Shown here one piece after another: positions 21,478 through 31,977 of a stretch of DNA of 64,000 bases. Below the pieces are notes generated by a model. It was given only the letters and a program-made list of their open reading frames with translations, had not been told where the DNA came from and did no database searches. The position numbers and the translations under genes were made by a program. Within the stretch, counting starts at the first letter, position 1, and the number at the start of each line of letters is the position of its first letter. Origin of the DNA: an uncultured Gemmatimonadales bacterium (GTDB lineage Bacteria; Gemmatimonadota; Gemmatimonadetes; Longimicrobiales; RSA9); NCBI GenBank assembly GCA_963741945.1, contig CAVUKA010000001.1, positions 1,088,001 through 1,152,000 on the forward strand. The letters are read 5' to 3'.

Positions 21478-21940
21478 GGCTCACCTCCTCGGCCGCACGC
21501 CGGATCGCTTTTCGAACGCGCAGATAGGTCCCGCAGCGACAGAGGTTGCCGGCCATCCCGCGATCGATCTCTTCATCGCTCGGGTCCGGAGTCCGCGCCA
21601 GCAGGGACGCAGCCTGCATCAGCATGCCGGGCTGGCAGTAGCCGCACTGCGGCACTTCCTCCGCCAACCACGCGCGCTGCAACGCCTCCAGCACACGATC
21701 CCCCGGCGCACCCTCGATGGTCCGTACCTCCCGGTTCGCCGCCACCGTGATGGGAGTGACGCAGGAGCGGGTGGCCACGCCATCGACGTTCACCGTGCAC
21801 GCGCCGCACACGGCCACGCCACACGAGTACTTGGTTCCCTTCAGGCCGAGATCATCGCGCAGCACCCAGAGCAGCGGCGTGTCGCCGGGCACATCCACCG
21901 TGCGACGCTCGCCGTTCACGGTCAGGGTGAAAACGGGCAT
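21470..21940 (-). CDS. (2Fe-2S)-binding small subunit of Mo-hydroxylase (IorA/CoxS-like)
   Basis: [36 protein letters not shown]. Overlaps the large-subunit start. Confidence 0.92.
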   Translation of the reverse strand: MPVFTLTVNGERRTVDVPGDTPLLWVLRDDLGLKGTKYSCGVAVCGACTVNVDGVATRSCVTPITVAANREVRTIEGAPGDRVLEALQRAWLAEEVPQCGYCQPGMLMQAASLLARTPDPSDEEIDRGMAGNLCRCGTYLRVRKAIRRAAEEVSHA

Positions 21941-22207
21941 GGAGAGCCTCCGTAGGACGGTTTCGGTCACGGTCGGGCGCTCGCCGCCGATGCGCAATCG
22001 GGCAAACGCCGCATCGGGTGTGGGGGAGTCCCGGACGCGCTCCGCCTCGTCCCCCGCGCCGCCGCTCGCCCCGCGCCGAAATCACGGCTGGCGGAACCAG
22101 CGCGGCACGCCCCAAGTACATAGCGGGGAAGGCGCGCGCTTCCGGGCGCGCCCAACGATCCCAGCCCGGCCCCACCCCGGGAGCGCCGGCGCCAAGGAGA
22201 ACCAGCC

Positions 22208-22909
22208 ATGACCACACCCGCAGGCCGAACCATCGCGGCTGCCGCCGCCCTCGTCGCCACCGCCGCACTCGCCGGGTGTGGCGCGCACCACCACCTCGAC
22301 GAGTACGACTTCACCGGCCGGACGCTGGCGGTGACCTACTTCCCCGCGCCCGCCCCCGACCTGCGGACAGGTGGCGTCCCGCTCAACGCGATAGGCGACC
22401 GCGACGGTATCGGCGTGCTCGTGAAGGCGGGGTCCCGGATCGCGGAGGAAGTGGAAGCGCGCCGGGCGCGGGCCCGCCTCGACAGCGCATCCACCCACAT
22501 CGACCTCGCGAACCGGATGGCGGACCGGACGCTCCAGCGCGCGGCCGTGTACCTGGGCGCGCGCCCCGTGGAGGAGCGGGCGGACGGCGATTTCCTGCTC
22601 GAAGTCGACATCCGGTCGCTGGGGATCGACACGCGGGGCGACCTGGCCTACCTGTTCGTGAACGCGGAAGCCGTCCTGCTGGATGCCCGGACGGGTCGGG
22701 AGATCTGGTCCGAGGGCGTGCATGGCAACGATCCGCTCACGCCGGACACGCGGCCGGGCGGGATCATCCCCACCAATGCCGTAACCGCGGGCGCGCTGAG
22801 CACGCTCTCGGTCGATGACTACCGCCGACTCCTGGGCACGCTGGCGGACTACTCGGCCGACACCATCACGCGCGAGCTGCGCAACAAGCTCCGGCACGTC
22901 CGAGACTGA
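22208..22909 (+). CDS. Hypothetical lipoprotein
   Basis: AAGGAG RBS, signal peptide ending LAGC, GC3-rich codons, no family motif recognised. Confidence 0.7.
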   Translation: MTTPAGRTIAAAAALVATAALAGCGAHHHLDEYDFTGRTLAVTYFPAPAPDLRTGGVPLNAIGDRDGIGVLVKAGSRIAEEVEARRARARLDSASTHIDLANRMADRTLQRAAVYLGARPVEERADGDFLLEVDIRSLGIDTRGDLAYLFVNAEAVLLDARTGREIWSEGVHGNDPLTPDTRPGGIIPTNAVTAGALSTLSVDDYRRLLGTLADYSADTITRELRNKLRHVRD

Positions 22910-22999
22910 CAGCGACTCGCGCCCGGGTGGACGGACCTTTGCGGGGACTCAGGGATACGCAGGATACGTGAGCCTGGAATCCGAAGCGAAAGGAATGGA

Positions 23000-23185
23000 A
23001 TGGGACTGACGACGTTGACCGAGCGGGAGAAGCATTGGCGGCGGCGGGCCGAAAAGGCCCTGACCGAGGGTGAGACGTGGGAGCCGTGCTCCGAGTGCCT
23101 GCAGTATCACCCCGAGGGATACGACGGGGCCTGCGACGACATCCAGAACCGCCTTCCGGGGTACCCCTCGGAATTCGCCGGCTGA
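23000..23185 (+). CDS. Small hypothetical protein with CxxC-x2-H-x7-C motif
   Basis: 61 aa containing 'CSECLQYHPEGYDGACDD'. AAGGA upstream and an intrinsic terminator immediately downstream. Confidence 0.55.
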   Translation: MGLTTLTEREKHWRRRAEKALTEGETWEPCSECLQYHPEGYDGACDDIQNRLPGYPSEFAG

Positions 23186-23210
23186 CCTGCTGGTCAGGCC
23201 GAAGGTCGAT

Positions 23211-23251
23211 GGCCGCTCTCCCGCACGGCGGGGGAGCGGCCTTTCCTTTTT
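23211..23251 (+). terminator. Rho-independent terminator
   Basis: GGCCGCTCTCCCGC-ACG-GCGGGGGAGCGGCC stem followed by TTTCCTTTTT. Confidence 0.8.
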
Positions 23252-23364
23252 CGGCGTAAGTTGCCGCGGCCGGACCGCCTCTCGCCATTGAGCGCGGCCC
23301 GGGGCCCGGGGGGCGATCGCGCGAGGGCGCGCACGGAGACAGGAACGACGCGGGGAGGCTGACG

Positions 23365-24834
23365 GTGGTGGAGCAGAACGGGGAGCGGGCGCAGGCCCTG
23401 AGGGAGCAGGGTCACCGGCTGGTGGAGCGGATGGCGGACTATCTGGACACAGTCGAAGCGCGGCCGGTGTCGACGCCGAAAGGCCCTGCCGCCCTGGAAG
23501 CCGAGTTCCAGGACGTGCTGCCGCGGGTGGGCGCCCCCGCCGAAGGGGTTTGGGACGATGTCTTCGAGCGCATCGTCGGCGACTCGATCCATCTCGCTCA
23601 CCCCATGTACATGGGCCACCAGGTCGCGCCGCCGCTGCCGGAAGCGGTGCTCGCGGACGCGCTCGCCAGCCTGCTGAACCAGTCGACCGCAGTGTGGGAG
23701 ATGTCGCCCACGGGAACGTTCGTGGAGCAGCGGGTGATCGCGTGGATGCGGGAGCTCATCGGCTTTCCTGCCGGGAGCGACGGCACGCTGGTCTCCGGGG
23801 GGAGCGCGGCGAACCTGACGGGGCTGCTGGCGGCGAGGGAGGCGGTGTTCCCGGGGGCGTGGGAAGGCGGCGTGGCAGGCCGGGAAGGGCTGGGGCGGGC
23901 CGTGGTCTTCGTCGCAGCGCACGCGCACTACTCCGTCGAGCGCGCGGTGGGCGTGATGGGACTGGGCGCCGGGGCCGTTGCGGGCGTCGCGGAGCGCGAG
24001 TTCCGGCTCGACCCCGAGGCGCTGCGGGATGCCATAGCCCGCGCTCGCTCGGCCGACCGGATCCCGCTGGCCATCGTGGCCACGGCAGGGAGCACGGCCA
24101 CGGGCCTCGTGGATGACCTGCAGGCGGTGGCCGACGTGGCGGCGGAGACGGGCGTCTGGCTCCACGTGGACGGCGCCCATGGCGCGTCGCTGCTGGCGAG
24201 CGAGCGGCTGCGCGACCGGCTGCGAGGGATCGAGCGCGCCGATTCCGTGGCCTGGGACCCGCACAAGATGATGTTCATGCCCATCTCGGCCAGCGCCGTG
24301 GTGGTGCGGGACCGACGGCACCTCGACGCCGCGTTCCGGCAGAGCGCGCCCTACCTCTTCCACCCCCGCCCCGGCGAGGCGCGCTCCCGCGACATCGGCC
24401 AGCGCACGCTCCAGTGCTCGAAGCGCTTCGACGCCCTCAAGCTCTGGATCACGCTCCGGCACCACGGGCTCGACCACTTCGCCCGGCTGCAGGAGCGGAC
24501 GGTCGAGAACGCGGCGGTGCTGCACCGCAAGCTGTCGGAAGCCGCCGACTTCGAGCCCGCCCATGCTCCCGCGACGAACATCCTCTGCTTCCGCCACCTC
24601 CCCGCCCCGATCCGGGATCTGGAGGCGGCCGGCGAGGCCGATCGCGTGGACGAGTTCCAGGGATCGCTGCGGGAAGCCTACAACGCATCCGGGCGGGGGT
24701 GGATCACCACCACCGTGCTCGGAGGCCGCCGCGTCCTGCGCGTCACGCTGATGAACCCGGGCACCCGGGAAACGCACCTGGAACGGCTGCTCGACGGGCT
24801 CAGGGAAACGGGCGCGGAGCTGCCCGGCGTATGA
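23365..24834 (+). CDS. Group II PLP-dependent decarboxylase (diaminobutyrate/aromatic amino acid decarboxylase family)
   Basis: HPMYMGHQ, SGGSAANL, AHYSVER, TAGSTATG, WLHVDGAHG, DSVAWDPHK (PLP lysine). Confidence 0.9.
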   Translation: MVEQNGERAQALREQGHRLVERMADYLDTVEARPVSTPKGPAALEAEFQDVLPRVGAPAEGVWDDVFERIVGDSIHLAHPMYMGHQVAPPLPEAVLADALASLLNQSTAVWEMSPTGTFVEQRVIAWMRELIGFPAGSDGTLVSGGSAANLTGLLAAREAVFPGAWEGGVAGREGLGRAVVFVAAHAHYSVERAVGVMGLGAGAVAGVAEREFRLDPEALRDAIARARSADRIPLAIVATAGSTATGLVDDLQAVADVAAETGVWLHVDGAHGASLLASERLRDRLRGIERADSVAWDPHKMMFMPISASAVVVRDRRHLDAAFRQSAPYLFHPRPGEARSRDIGQRTLQCSKRFDALKLWITLRHHGLDHFARLQERTVENAAVLHRKLSEAADFEPAHAPATNILCFRHLPAPIRDLEAAGEADRVDEFQGSLREAYNASGRGWITTTVLGGRRVLRVTLMNPGTRETHLERLLDGLRETGAELPGV

Positions 24835-24937
24835 GCTGCGACGGGGACGCCGCGACGCCGCGCCCCCCCGGGCAGGGATCCCGGCGCATCTCCTTTCGGG
24901 GCCGACCTCGACGGCGCCGGCCCCGCACACCGTGCCC

Positions 24938-26725
24938 TCAGTGGCCGCTCGCCCGGATCCGCTCCATGATCCGGGGCGCGAACATCTGGATGTAGCGCAG
25001 CCGTGACAGGGCGTTCGGCCGCGTCGGATCCCCGTTCCAGCAGTGCTCCGCACGGTCGCCGTACGCCACTTCGCCCGCGTAGTACGGGTCGGTGGTGGAC
25101 TCCAGGAAGTCCTCGGCCAGGTAGACGGCGTCGTTGAGGTAGTAGTTGTCCATGTCGCCGACGTAGATGTGGAGCTTGCCGGCGAGCTTCGGTCCCAGCG
25201 TCGCCCAGTCGCGGCGGAGGATGTGCACCAGGTCGTAGTGGTCGCGCCAGTAGGCGGCCACATCGTGGTCGATCTCGCCCGTGAGCTTGTTCCAGATCGG
25301 GGCCGGGTAGCCATCCGCGCCCGCGGGCGAGTACACGGCCTGCCAGATGTCCCACTGGTCGCCCGAGCGGCCGCGCGTGCCCAGCGCCAGCTCCCGGTGG
25401 TTCATCTCCCCCAGCGTGGACTGGACGTGGCCCAGCCAGTCCCGGTGACCGGGTCGGGGCGTGCGGTTCGGGTCGTCATCGAGGTGATAGGCGTTCGAGT
25501 CGTCGTACAGGTTCACCACGGTGTACGCCCGGAAGTCGATGGGGTCCGGGCACGCGATCCACGCGCCGTTGTAGTCGTCGGGATAGAACACCTGCACGGC
25601 CATGGCCTCCCACCCGCCCGTGGATCCGCCGTACAGGAAACGTGACCAGCCCTGGCCGATCCCGCGGAAGCGCCGCTCGATTTCCGGGATGAGCTCGTAC
25701 GTGATGGCGTCGCCATACGGGCCGAGGTTGGCCGAGTTCACCGCGTAGGAGTCGTCGTAGTACGGGTTCGCGTGCTGCACTTCCACTACCAGCATCCGGG
25801 GGAACGCGTCACTCGTCCACTCCTGGAAGAGGGCGTACGCCGCGGAGTCCGCCGTCCGGTTGTAGCACGGCCAGTCGAAGCGGGCGCTGTACACGCACCC
25901 GGCGTCCGGGTCCGGCGGCGAGGTGCGCCAGTCGCCGAAGTCGTAAGGGAAGTGACCGTGGAAGATGGCGACGGGGTAGCGCCGCTCCGGTTCGCTGTCG
26001 AACCCGGCGGGCAGCAGCACGTTCGCGCCCAGGTAGACGTCCGTGCCCCAGAACGCGCTCAGCCGCTCGCTGCGGACGCGGACGTGCTTCACCCATTTCG
26101 TGTCGGCGGGCGGCTCGATCTCCGGGATCACCCGGTCCATGGCGATGTGGACGCCCGCCGCGTCCGGGCTCCACTCCACCGACACGGGCTCGCTGAACAG
26201 GTTCCCCGGCTTCGCGTTCCAGCGCTGCCCCTCGCCCCGCTCCGGCGGCAGCTTCAGCACGCGGCCGTCCGCCAGGTGGAACGTCTGGTACCGGTTCAGC
26301 ACCGCCTGCACCCGGTAGCGGCCGGGCGGGAGGTCCTTCAGCGAGGCGACGGGGTAGCCGAAGGCGCTCCCGCCCCGGCCGACATCGGACTCCGCAGGGA
26401 TCGTCGCCGGCTCACCCGCACGCCAGCCGTCCACGTCCACGCCGAACACGTAGCCCGTTTCGGGACCGTCGCTGACCTGGAAGCGCGGCTCGGCCTCGCC
26501 GCTGCGACCGAAGAGGAGGAGGAGCCGCCCGTCCACAGGCCCGCCGGCCGCGGCCGCGGCGTAGGAGATGGCCACCCGCGGGACCGTGGTCCCGGCGGAA
26601 GCCGGAGCCGGGCCAGGAGCCGGGCCCGCGCCCGGGCTCGCACCCGTGCCTGTGGCGGGGGTGCAGGCAGCGGCGAGGCCGAAGACGAGGCTCAAGGCGA
26701 GGGAGAGGGGGACGCGGCGTCGCAT
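24938..26725 (-). CDS. Exported alpha/beta-hydrolase (putative esterase), lipoprotein
   Basis: Lipobox LAAAC, nucleophile elbow GGSTGG, YYDDSYAVNSANLGPYGDA, HIYVGDMDNYYL, EHC. Confidence 0.8.
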   Translation of the reverse strand: MRRRVPLSLALSLVFGLAAACTPATGTGASPGAGPAPGPAPASAGTTVPRVAISYAAAAAGGPVDGRLLLLFGRSGEAEPRFQVSDGPETGYVFGVDVDGWRAGEPATIPAESDVGRGGSAFGYPVASLKDLPPGRYRVQAVLNRYQTFHLADGRVLKLPPERGEGQRWNAKPGNLFSEPVSVEWSPDAAGVHIAMDRVIPEIEPPADTKWVKHVRVRSERLSAFWGTDVYLGANVLLPAGFDSEPERRYPVAIFHGHFPYDFGDWRTSPPDPDAGCVYSARFDWPCYNRTADSAAYALFQEWTSDAFPRMLVVEVQHANPYYDDSYAVNSANLGPYGDAITYELIPEIERRFRGIGQGWSRFLYGGSTGGWEAMAVQVFYPDDYNGAWIACPDPIDFRAYTVVNLYDDSNAYHLDDDPNRTPRPGHRDWLGHVQSTLGEMNHRELALGTRGRSGDQWDIWQAVYSPAGADGYPAPIWNKLTGEIDHDVAAYWRDHYDLVHILRRDWATLGPKLAGKLHIYVGDMDNYYLNDAVYLAEDFLESTTDPYYAGEVAYGDRAEHCWNGDPTRPNALSRLRYIQMFAPRIMERIRASGH

Positions 26726-26868
26726 GATCGGATCCTCCAGTGAAGGGATCCCCTACGATCTCCCCGCGGGCCCACCGGGGCAAGAGCCGCCGGGCACAAC
26801 CATCCGGGCGTGCGCCGTGTCCGAAGGAGTGCCCCTCCGGCGTACTCGAGACCATGGGAGAGGATGTC

Positions 26869-28155
26869 GTGACCGCAGCGCATCGCTGGACCACCACCGC
26901 CGGGTGCGCCTCGCGCCCCGGGATGCCGCACTCCGCGACGCCGACTGCCGCGGCGTTCGCCGCCACGCTGGCCGCCGTGCTCGCGTTCGGCGCGGCCGGG
27001 CCGGCCGCCGCCGCCGGGCAGACCGTCTCGCCGACGGAGCTTGCGACGCTCGCCGTCGCCGAGCCGTTCCCTGCGGCGGTGGTGGTGCAGCCGGCCGGTG
27101 GCGTGGATCTGCGGATCCAGACGGACGAGGTGGAGGCCGTACTGGCGATCCTGGACCTGCGGGCCCGGGGCGAAGCGGTCCCGGAGACGGCGTGGGAGCG
27201 GCTGTTCGCCAGCGAGGGGTACACGCGCATGATGGCGCGGGAGCGCTACATCGACGAACGGATGGGACTGCAGCGCGGCTACACCGACGAGGGGCACCGC
27301 CGCTTCTTCGCCACGGACAGCGCGCTGCTGGCGAACCGGACGGCGCTGCGGGGGGCGCTGGACGTGTGGAAGCGGGTGGACGTGGAGCGGGCGGGACGAC
27401 GGGCGCTGGCCTACCTGCCGGAAGGCACGCGGCTGCGCGGCACCGTCTACCCGCTGCTCCGGGCGGCGACGAACAGCTTCATCTTCGAGCTGGGGTCGGA
27501 GAACCCGGCCATCTTCATGTACGTGGATCCCGGTCAGACGCCGGAGTCGCTGGAGGACATCCTCGCCCACGAGCTGCACCACGTGGGCAGCGCCGCGGGC
27601 TGTCCCGCGCCGCCGGAGACCGACGACGAGCGGTTCATGGCGCTCTACAGCTGGACTGGCGGCTTCTCCGAAGGCGTGGCCGTGCTCGCCGCCGCCGGGT
27701 CTCCGGACGCCGACCCGCAGCGCGGCTCCGATCCGGAGCTGCGGCGGGCATGGGAGATCCGCCAGGACAGCGTGGCCACGGACATGGCCGCGCTGGGCGA
27801 TTTCTTCATGGCCATCCACAACGGCACCCTCCTGGGCGACGCCATGAACCGCGCCGGCTTCGGCTTCATCAACCGCGAGGGCTTCCCCCAGGGGGCGTTC
27901 TACACGCTGGGCTGGTTCATGGCTTCCACTGTGGAGCGGGAGCTGGGCCGCGCCGCGGTGGTGGCCACCGTCTGCCACCCCGCCACCCTCATGGGGCAGT
28001 ACAACCGCGCCGCCGCCACCATCAACGCCCGACGGGGCGAGACGGATCGCTACGAGGCGGATCGGACGGCGGCGGGCGGCGGGCAGACGCGTGCCGCGTG
28101 GGCGCCGCTACCCGTCTGGCCGGGCTATGTCCTGGACGCCGTGGGCGGAGGCTGA
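26869..28155 (+). CDS. Putative exported Zn-dependent protease (DUF5700-like)
   Basis: HELHH zincin motif followed by EGVA, and an Ala-rich signal-like N-terminus. GTG 26869 follows GGAGAGG; the start is uncertain (26854 or 26923 are alternatives). Confidence 0.7.
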   Translation: MTAAHRWTTTAGCASRPGMPHSATPTAAAFAATLAAVLAFGAAGPAAAAGQTVSPTELATLAVAEPFPAAVVVQPAGGVDLRIQTDEVEAVLAILDLRARGEAVPETAWERLFASEGYTRMMARERYIDERMGLQRGYTDEGHRRFFATDSALLANRTALRGALDVWKRVDVERAGRRALAYLPEGTRLRGTVYPLLRAATNSFIFELGSENPAIFMYVDPGQTPESLEDILAHELHHVGSAAGCPAPPETDDERFMALYSWTGGFSEGVAVLAAAGSPDADPQRGSDPELRRAWEIRQDSVATDMAALGDFFMAIHNGTLLGDAMNRAGFGFINREGFPQGAFYTLGWFMASTVERELGRAAVVATVCHPATLMGQYNRAAATINARRGETDRYEADRTAAGGGQTRAAWAPLPVWPGYVLDAVGGG

Positions 28156-28313
28156 ACCGGCGGCCGCCCCGGGGGGGTGGAGCGAAAGAGGATGGGCGGG
28201 GCGCGCCGCGCCGGTTGTGGGCATGCCACCGGCCGCCCATCTTCTGCTGACGACGACGCCCGGGAGCACGACCTCGCTCGCCCCGGACCAGACGCCCTCC
28301 AGCCCTGTCCGAC

Positions 28314-29003
28314 ATGCCCGGTGGCCACGATCTGCGCCTCCACGAAGAGGTCCTGCTCCTCGCCCTCAAGGACGAGACCGGGACACCAGCGGCCAGCATG
28401 TACGCCTACGGCGTGGGCGGGGCGATCCTGGCCGAGCTGATCCTGGAGGAGCGGGTGCGTCTCGTGGAGCGCCGCAGGGGCGCGCCCCTGCTGGAAGCGG
28501 CCTCGGGCGCATCGCCGGTGGGCGACCCGGTGCTGGATCCGGCGCTCCGGCAGGTGCGGGACGCGAAGCGGCGGGGCAGCACTACTACGTGGGTCAGCCG
28601 CTTCTCCCGGCGGGACCGGCTGCGGGAGACCGCTCGCAGCCTGGTCCACAAGGGAATCCTCCGCATGGAGGAGAAGCGCCTGCTCCTGCTCTTCCGTCGC
28701 ACCGTCTACCCCGAGCTGGATCCCGCACCGGAGCGCCGCCTGGTCGAGCGGGTCCGGCGGGCGGTATTCAGCGACGACCCGGTGGACGCCCGCACGGCCG
28801 TGCTGGTGGGCATCGCGTACCCGTCCGGGCTCCTCGCCCCGCTGTTCGGCCGCAAGGCGGTCCGGGATCGGAAAGTGAGATTGCGGGCGCTGGTGGAGGA
28901 CAACGTCGCTGCGGACGCCACCCGTGCCACCATCCAGGCGGTGCAGGTGGCCGTGATCGCCGCCACCACCGCCGCGACGTCCGCAGCCGCATCGGGCGGC
29001 TGA
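28314..29003 (+). CDS. GOLPH3/VPS74 (GPP34) family protein
   Basis: LRLHEEVLLLAL, GAILAELIL, GDPVLD, LV.KGILR.E...LLLF....YP. Confidence 0.85.
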   Translation: MPGGHDLRLHEEVLLLALKDETGTPAASMYAYGVGGAILAELILEERVRLVERRRGAPLLEAASGASPVGDPVLDPALRQVRDAKRRGSTTTWVSRFSRRDRLRETARSLVHKGILRMEEKRLLLLFRRTVYPELDPAPERRLVERVRRAVFSDDPVDARTAVLVGIAYPSGLLAPLFGRKAVRDRKVRLRALVEDNVAADATRATIQAVQVAVIAATTAATSAAASGG

Positions 29004-29047
29004 CCGCCCCGGCGGATCCCGCCGCCTACACGAGGAAGTGAGGAGCC

Positions 29048-31150
29048 ATGCACGCACTGAAGCGATTCGCCCCCACACTGACACGAGCGCTGACGACGCG
29101 CGTGGCGCTGACGACGCTGGCGCTGGCCGCGCTGGCCGCGCCGGCCACCCGGGCTGCGGCGCAGCGTCCGATCACCCCCGAGGACCTCTGGCACATGCAG
29201 CGCGTCGGCGCCCCCATGGTCGGCCCGGACGGCCGGAACGTGCTGTACACGGTGACCGCCTACGACCTGGAGGCGAACCGGGGCCACACCGACATCTGGA
29301 TGGTGCCCGTGGCCGGCGGCGCGCCGCGGCAGCTGACGAACGCGACGGCGTCCAGCTCGTCCCCCGCCTGGTCACCGGACGGCCGCACCATCGCGTTCGT
29401 GTCCGCTCGCAACGACGAGGGCGCGCAGGTCTGGCTCATGCCCGCGAGCGGCGGCGAGGCCCGGCAGCTGACCCACGTGGATGGCGGCGTCTCGGGCGGC
29501 CCGGTGTGGTCGGCGGACGGGTCGCGCATGGCGTTCCCCGTGGACGTCTGGCCGGCCAGCGACTCCGCGGCGGCGAGGGCGCAGCGGCTGAAGGCCGCGG
29601 GCTCCACCGCCCAGATCTACGACGAGCTCATGGTCCGGCACTGGGACACGTGGGAGGACCAGATGCGAAGCCACGTGTTCGTCGCCGATCCGGCCACGGG
29701 GGAGGCCCGCGACATCACGCCGGGGCCGTACGACACCCCGCCGCTCGGCCTGGGCGGGTTCCAGGACTACTCGCTCAGCCCGGATGGCAGCGAGCTGGCG
29801 TTCGTGCGCAACATCGACGTGCCCACGTCGGTGGGCACCGGCAACGACGTCTGGGTGGTGCCCACGGCGGGCGGCGAGCCGAAGCTGATCACGCAGAGCG
29901 ACGGCAACGACGCGGCGCCGGTCTACTCCCCTGACGGCCGCTGGATCGCCTACCTGGCCCAGGCCCGTCCCGGCTTCGAGGCGGACCGGGCGGTGCTCAC
30001 GCTCTACGACCGCCGCTCGGGCGAGATCCGCCCGCTCACGGGCGACTTCGACCACTCCGTCCTCGCCTTCGAATGGAGCCCCGACTCCCGCACCCTCTGG
30101 TTCAACGCCCAGGACGAGATGGATGTGCGCGTGTACCGGGTGCCGGTGAGCGGGCGGGACGCCGGGAATGTGCACGCGGTGACGGAGGGCGCCATGGATG
30201 GAAGCTTCGCCCTGGTGCGCGGCGGTGAGCGCATCGTCGTGGCTCGCCAGAAAGCGGAGCTCCCCACCGTGCTCGAGCTGGTCGACGGTCGCGGCAAGAC
30301 GGTGCGTCGCCTGGCGAACCCGAACGAAATGCTGCTGTCGCAGCTGTCGCTCCAGCCGGTGGAGCCGTTCTGGTTCCAGGGCGCCGACGGCGACTCCGTG
30401 CAGGGCTTCGTGCTGAAGCCGCCGTCGTTCGACCCGTCGAAGAAGTACCCCGTGGTCTTCCTGGTCCACGGCGGGCCGCAGGGGGCGTGGGAGGACAATT
30501 TCCACTATCGGTGGAACTACAACATGTTCGCGGCGCCCGGCTATGTCGTGGTGGGTGTGAATCCGCGCGGGAGCACCGGCTACGGTCAGGAGTTCACGGA
30601 CCAGATCAGCCGCGACTGGGGCGGCCGCGCGTTCGCGGACCTGATGGACGGGCTCGACGCCGCGCTCCAGAAGTACGCGTACCTGGACAGCACGCGCATG
30701 GCGGCCGCCGGCGCATCCTACGGCGGCTACATGATGAACTGGTTCGAGGGACACACGAACCGGTTCCGGGCCATCATCAACCACGACGGGCTGTTCGATG
30801 TCCGCAGCATGTACTTCTCCACCGAGGAGCTGTGGTTCCCGGAGTGGGAGTTCGGCGGGACGCCGTGGGAGAACCCGGAGCTGTACCGGCGCTGGAACCC
30901 GTCCCTGTTCGTGGATCGGTGGCAGACGCCCATGCTGGTGGTCCACGGCGGCCACGACTACCGCGTCCCGCTGGAGCAGGGGCTCAGCACTTTCACGGCC
31001 CTCCGCCGCCGCGGAATCCCCGCCCGGCTGCTCTATTTCCCCGACGAGAGCCACTTCGTGCTCAAGCCGGCCAACGCCATCGTGTGGTGGAACACGGTCT
31101 ACGGCTGGCTCGGCCAGTGGATCGGAGGGGAAGCCGCGGCAGGGCAGTAG
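29048..31150 (+). CDS. S9 family prolyl oligopeptidase / dipeptidyl-peptidase 5-like
   Basis: Signal peptide, WSPDG propeller repeats, HGGPQ, GASYGG, DYRVP, DESH catalytic triad. Confidence 0.93.
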   Translation: MHALKRFAPTLTRALTTRVALTTLALAALAAPATRAAAQRPITPEDLWHMQRVGAPMVGPDGRNVLYTVTAYDLEANRGHTDIWMVPVAGGAPRQLTNATASSSSPAWSPDGRTIAFVSARNDEGAQVWLMPASGGEARQLTHVDGGVSGGPVWSADGSRMAFPVDVWPASDSAAARAQRLKAAGSTAQIYDELMVRHWDTWEDQMRSHVFVADPATGEARDITPGPYDTPPLGLGGFQDYSLSPDGSELAFVRNIDVPTSVGTGNDVWVVPTAGGEPKLITQSDGNDAAPVYSPDGRWIAYLAQARPGFEADRAVLTLYDRRSGEIRPLTGDFDHSVLAFEWSPDSRTLWFNAQDEMDVRVYRVPVSGRDAGNVHAVTEGAMDGSFALVRGGERIVVARQKAELPTVLELVDGRGKTVRRLANPNEMLLSQLSLQPVEPFWFQGADGDSVQGFVLKPPSFDPSKKYPVVFLVHGGPQGAWEDNFHYRWNYNMFAAPGYVVVGVNPRGSTGYGQEFTDQISRDWGGRAFADLMDGLDAALQKYAYLDSTRMAAAGASYGGYMMNWFEGHTNRFRAIINHDGLFDVRSMYFSTEELWFPEWEFGGTPWENPELYRRWNPSLFVDRWQTPMLVVHGGHDYRVPLEQGLSTFTALRRRGIPARLLYFPDESHFVLKPANAIVWWNTVYGWLGQWIGGEAAAGQ

Positions 31151-31189
31151 CGGGGCGCCTCCCGCGGACGCACGCCCGCGGTGGCGGCC

Positions 31190-31855
31190 TCAGTGCTGCG
31201 GACGCGCGCCCACCAGGCGGTCCACCTCCCGGAGCACGCGGCTCGGGTCCACCGGCTTCGGGAGGAACACCGCCACGCCCGCGTCCCGGGCGGCCTTGCC
31301 GATGGCGCCATAGCTGTGGGCGCTGATCAGGATGATCGGTATGTCCGCCGTGAGCGGGTTCGCCCGAAGCAGACGCGTCACTTCGATGCCCGTTCGGCGC
31401 GGGAGCGAGTGATCGAGCACCACCACGGCGGGGTGGTGCTCGCGCACCATCTCCAGCGCCGTCTCACCATCCGCCGCGGTCAGCACTGCGTAGCCGTGCT
31501 TCTGCAGGTAGGCGCCGTGCACCGCCCTCAGCTCCAGCCTGTCGTCCACCACCAGGACCAGCGGCTTGCCGCTCCCCGCAGGCGAAAAGAGAGCGGGCTG
31601 AAGCCCCACCCAGCTCTCCACCGACTCACCCGCGCCCACGGGCCCGGCTGCGCGAGTCACACGATCGGGAAGCCGGGTGTCTGCCGCCATCACGCGCCTG
31701 AGTGGGTCCGGCCTCAGTGAGGGGGCCGGCGCTTCCGCGCGCAACGCCCTTCTTCGGTCCTGCAGCCAGCGCAGCGCGTAGCCGGTGATTCCGCCGGAAA
31801 GTGCGGCGACAAGGATCATCAAGGTGAGGTCGATCGGGCTCAATGGCATGCTCAT
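31190..31855 (-). CDS. Receiver (CheY-like) domain protein with N-terminal TM helix
   Basis: TM 'LMILVAALSGGITGYAL' and REC motifs VLVVDD, VVLDHSLP, IILISA, FLPKP. Confidence 0.8.
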   Translation of the reverse strand: MSMPLSPIDLTLMILVAALSGGITGYALRWLQDRRRALRAEAPAPSLRPDPLRRVMAADTRLPDRVTRAAGPVGAGESVESWVGLQPALFSPAGSGKPLVLVVDDRLELRAVHGAYLQKHGYAVLTAADGETALEMVREHHPAVVVLDHSLPRRTGIEVTRLLRANPLTADIPIILISAHSYGAIGKAARDAGVAVFLPKPVDPSRVLREVDRLVGARPQH

Positions 31856-31880
31856 CCCGGCAACATAACCATACGCTCAA

Positions 31881-31909
31881 GGCCCCGCCCCCCGGGTGGG
31901 GACGGGGCC
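31881..31909 (-). terminator. GC-rich hairpin downstream of lat, possible terminator
   Basis: GGCCCCG...CGGGGCC inverted repeat with only a short TT tail on the minus strand. Confidence 0.4.
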
Positions 31910-31977
31910 CTGGTGAAAGCGGCCGTGGGCCGGCGCCGGGGCAGTCAGCCCCGGGTCACGTCACGTTCAGGCCGGGG

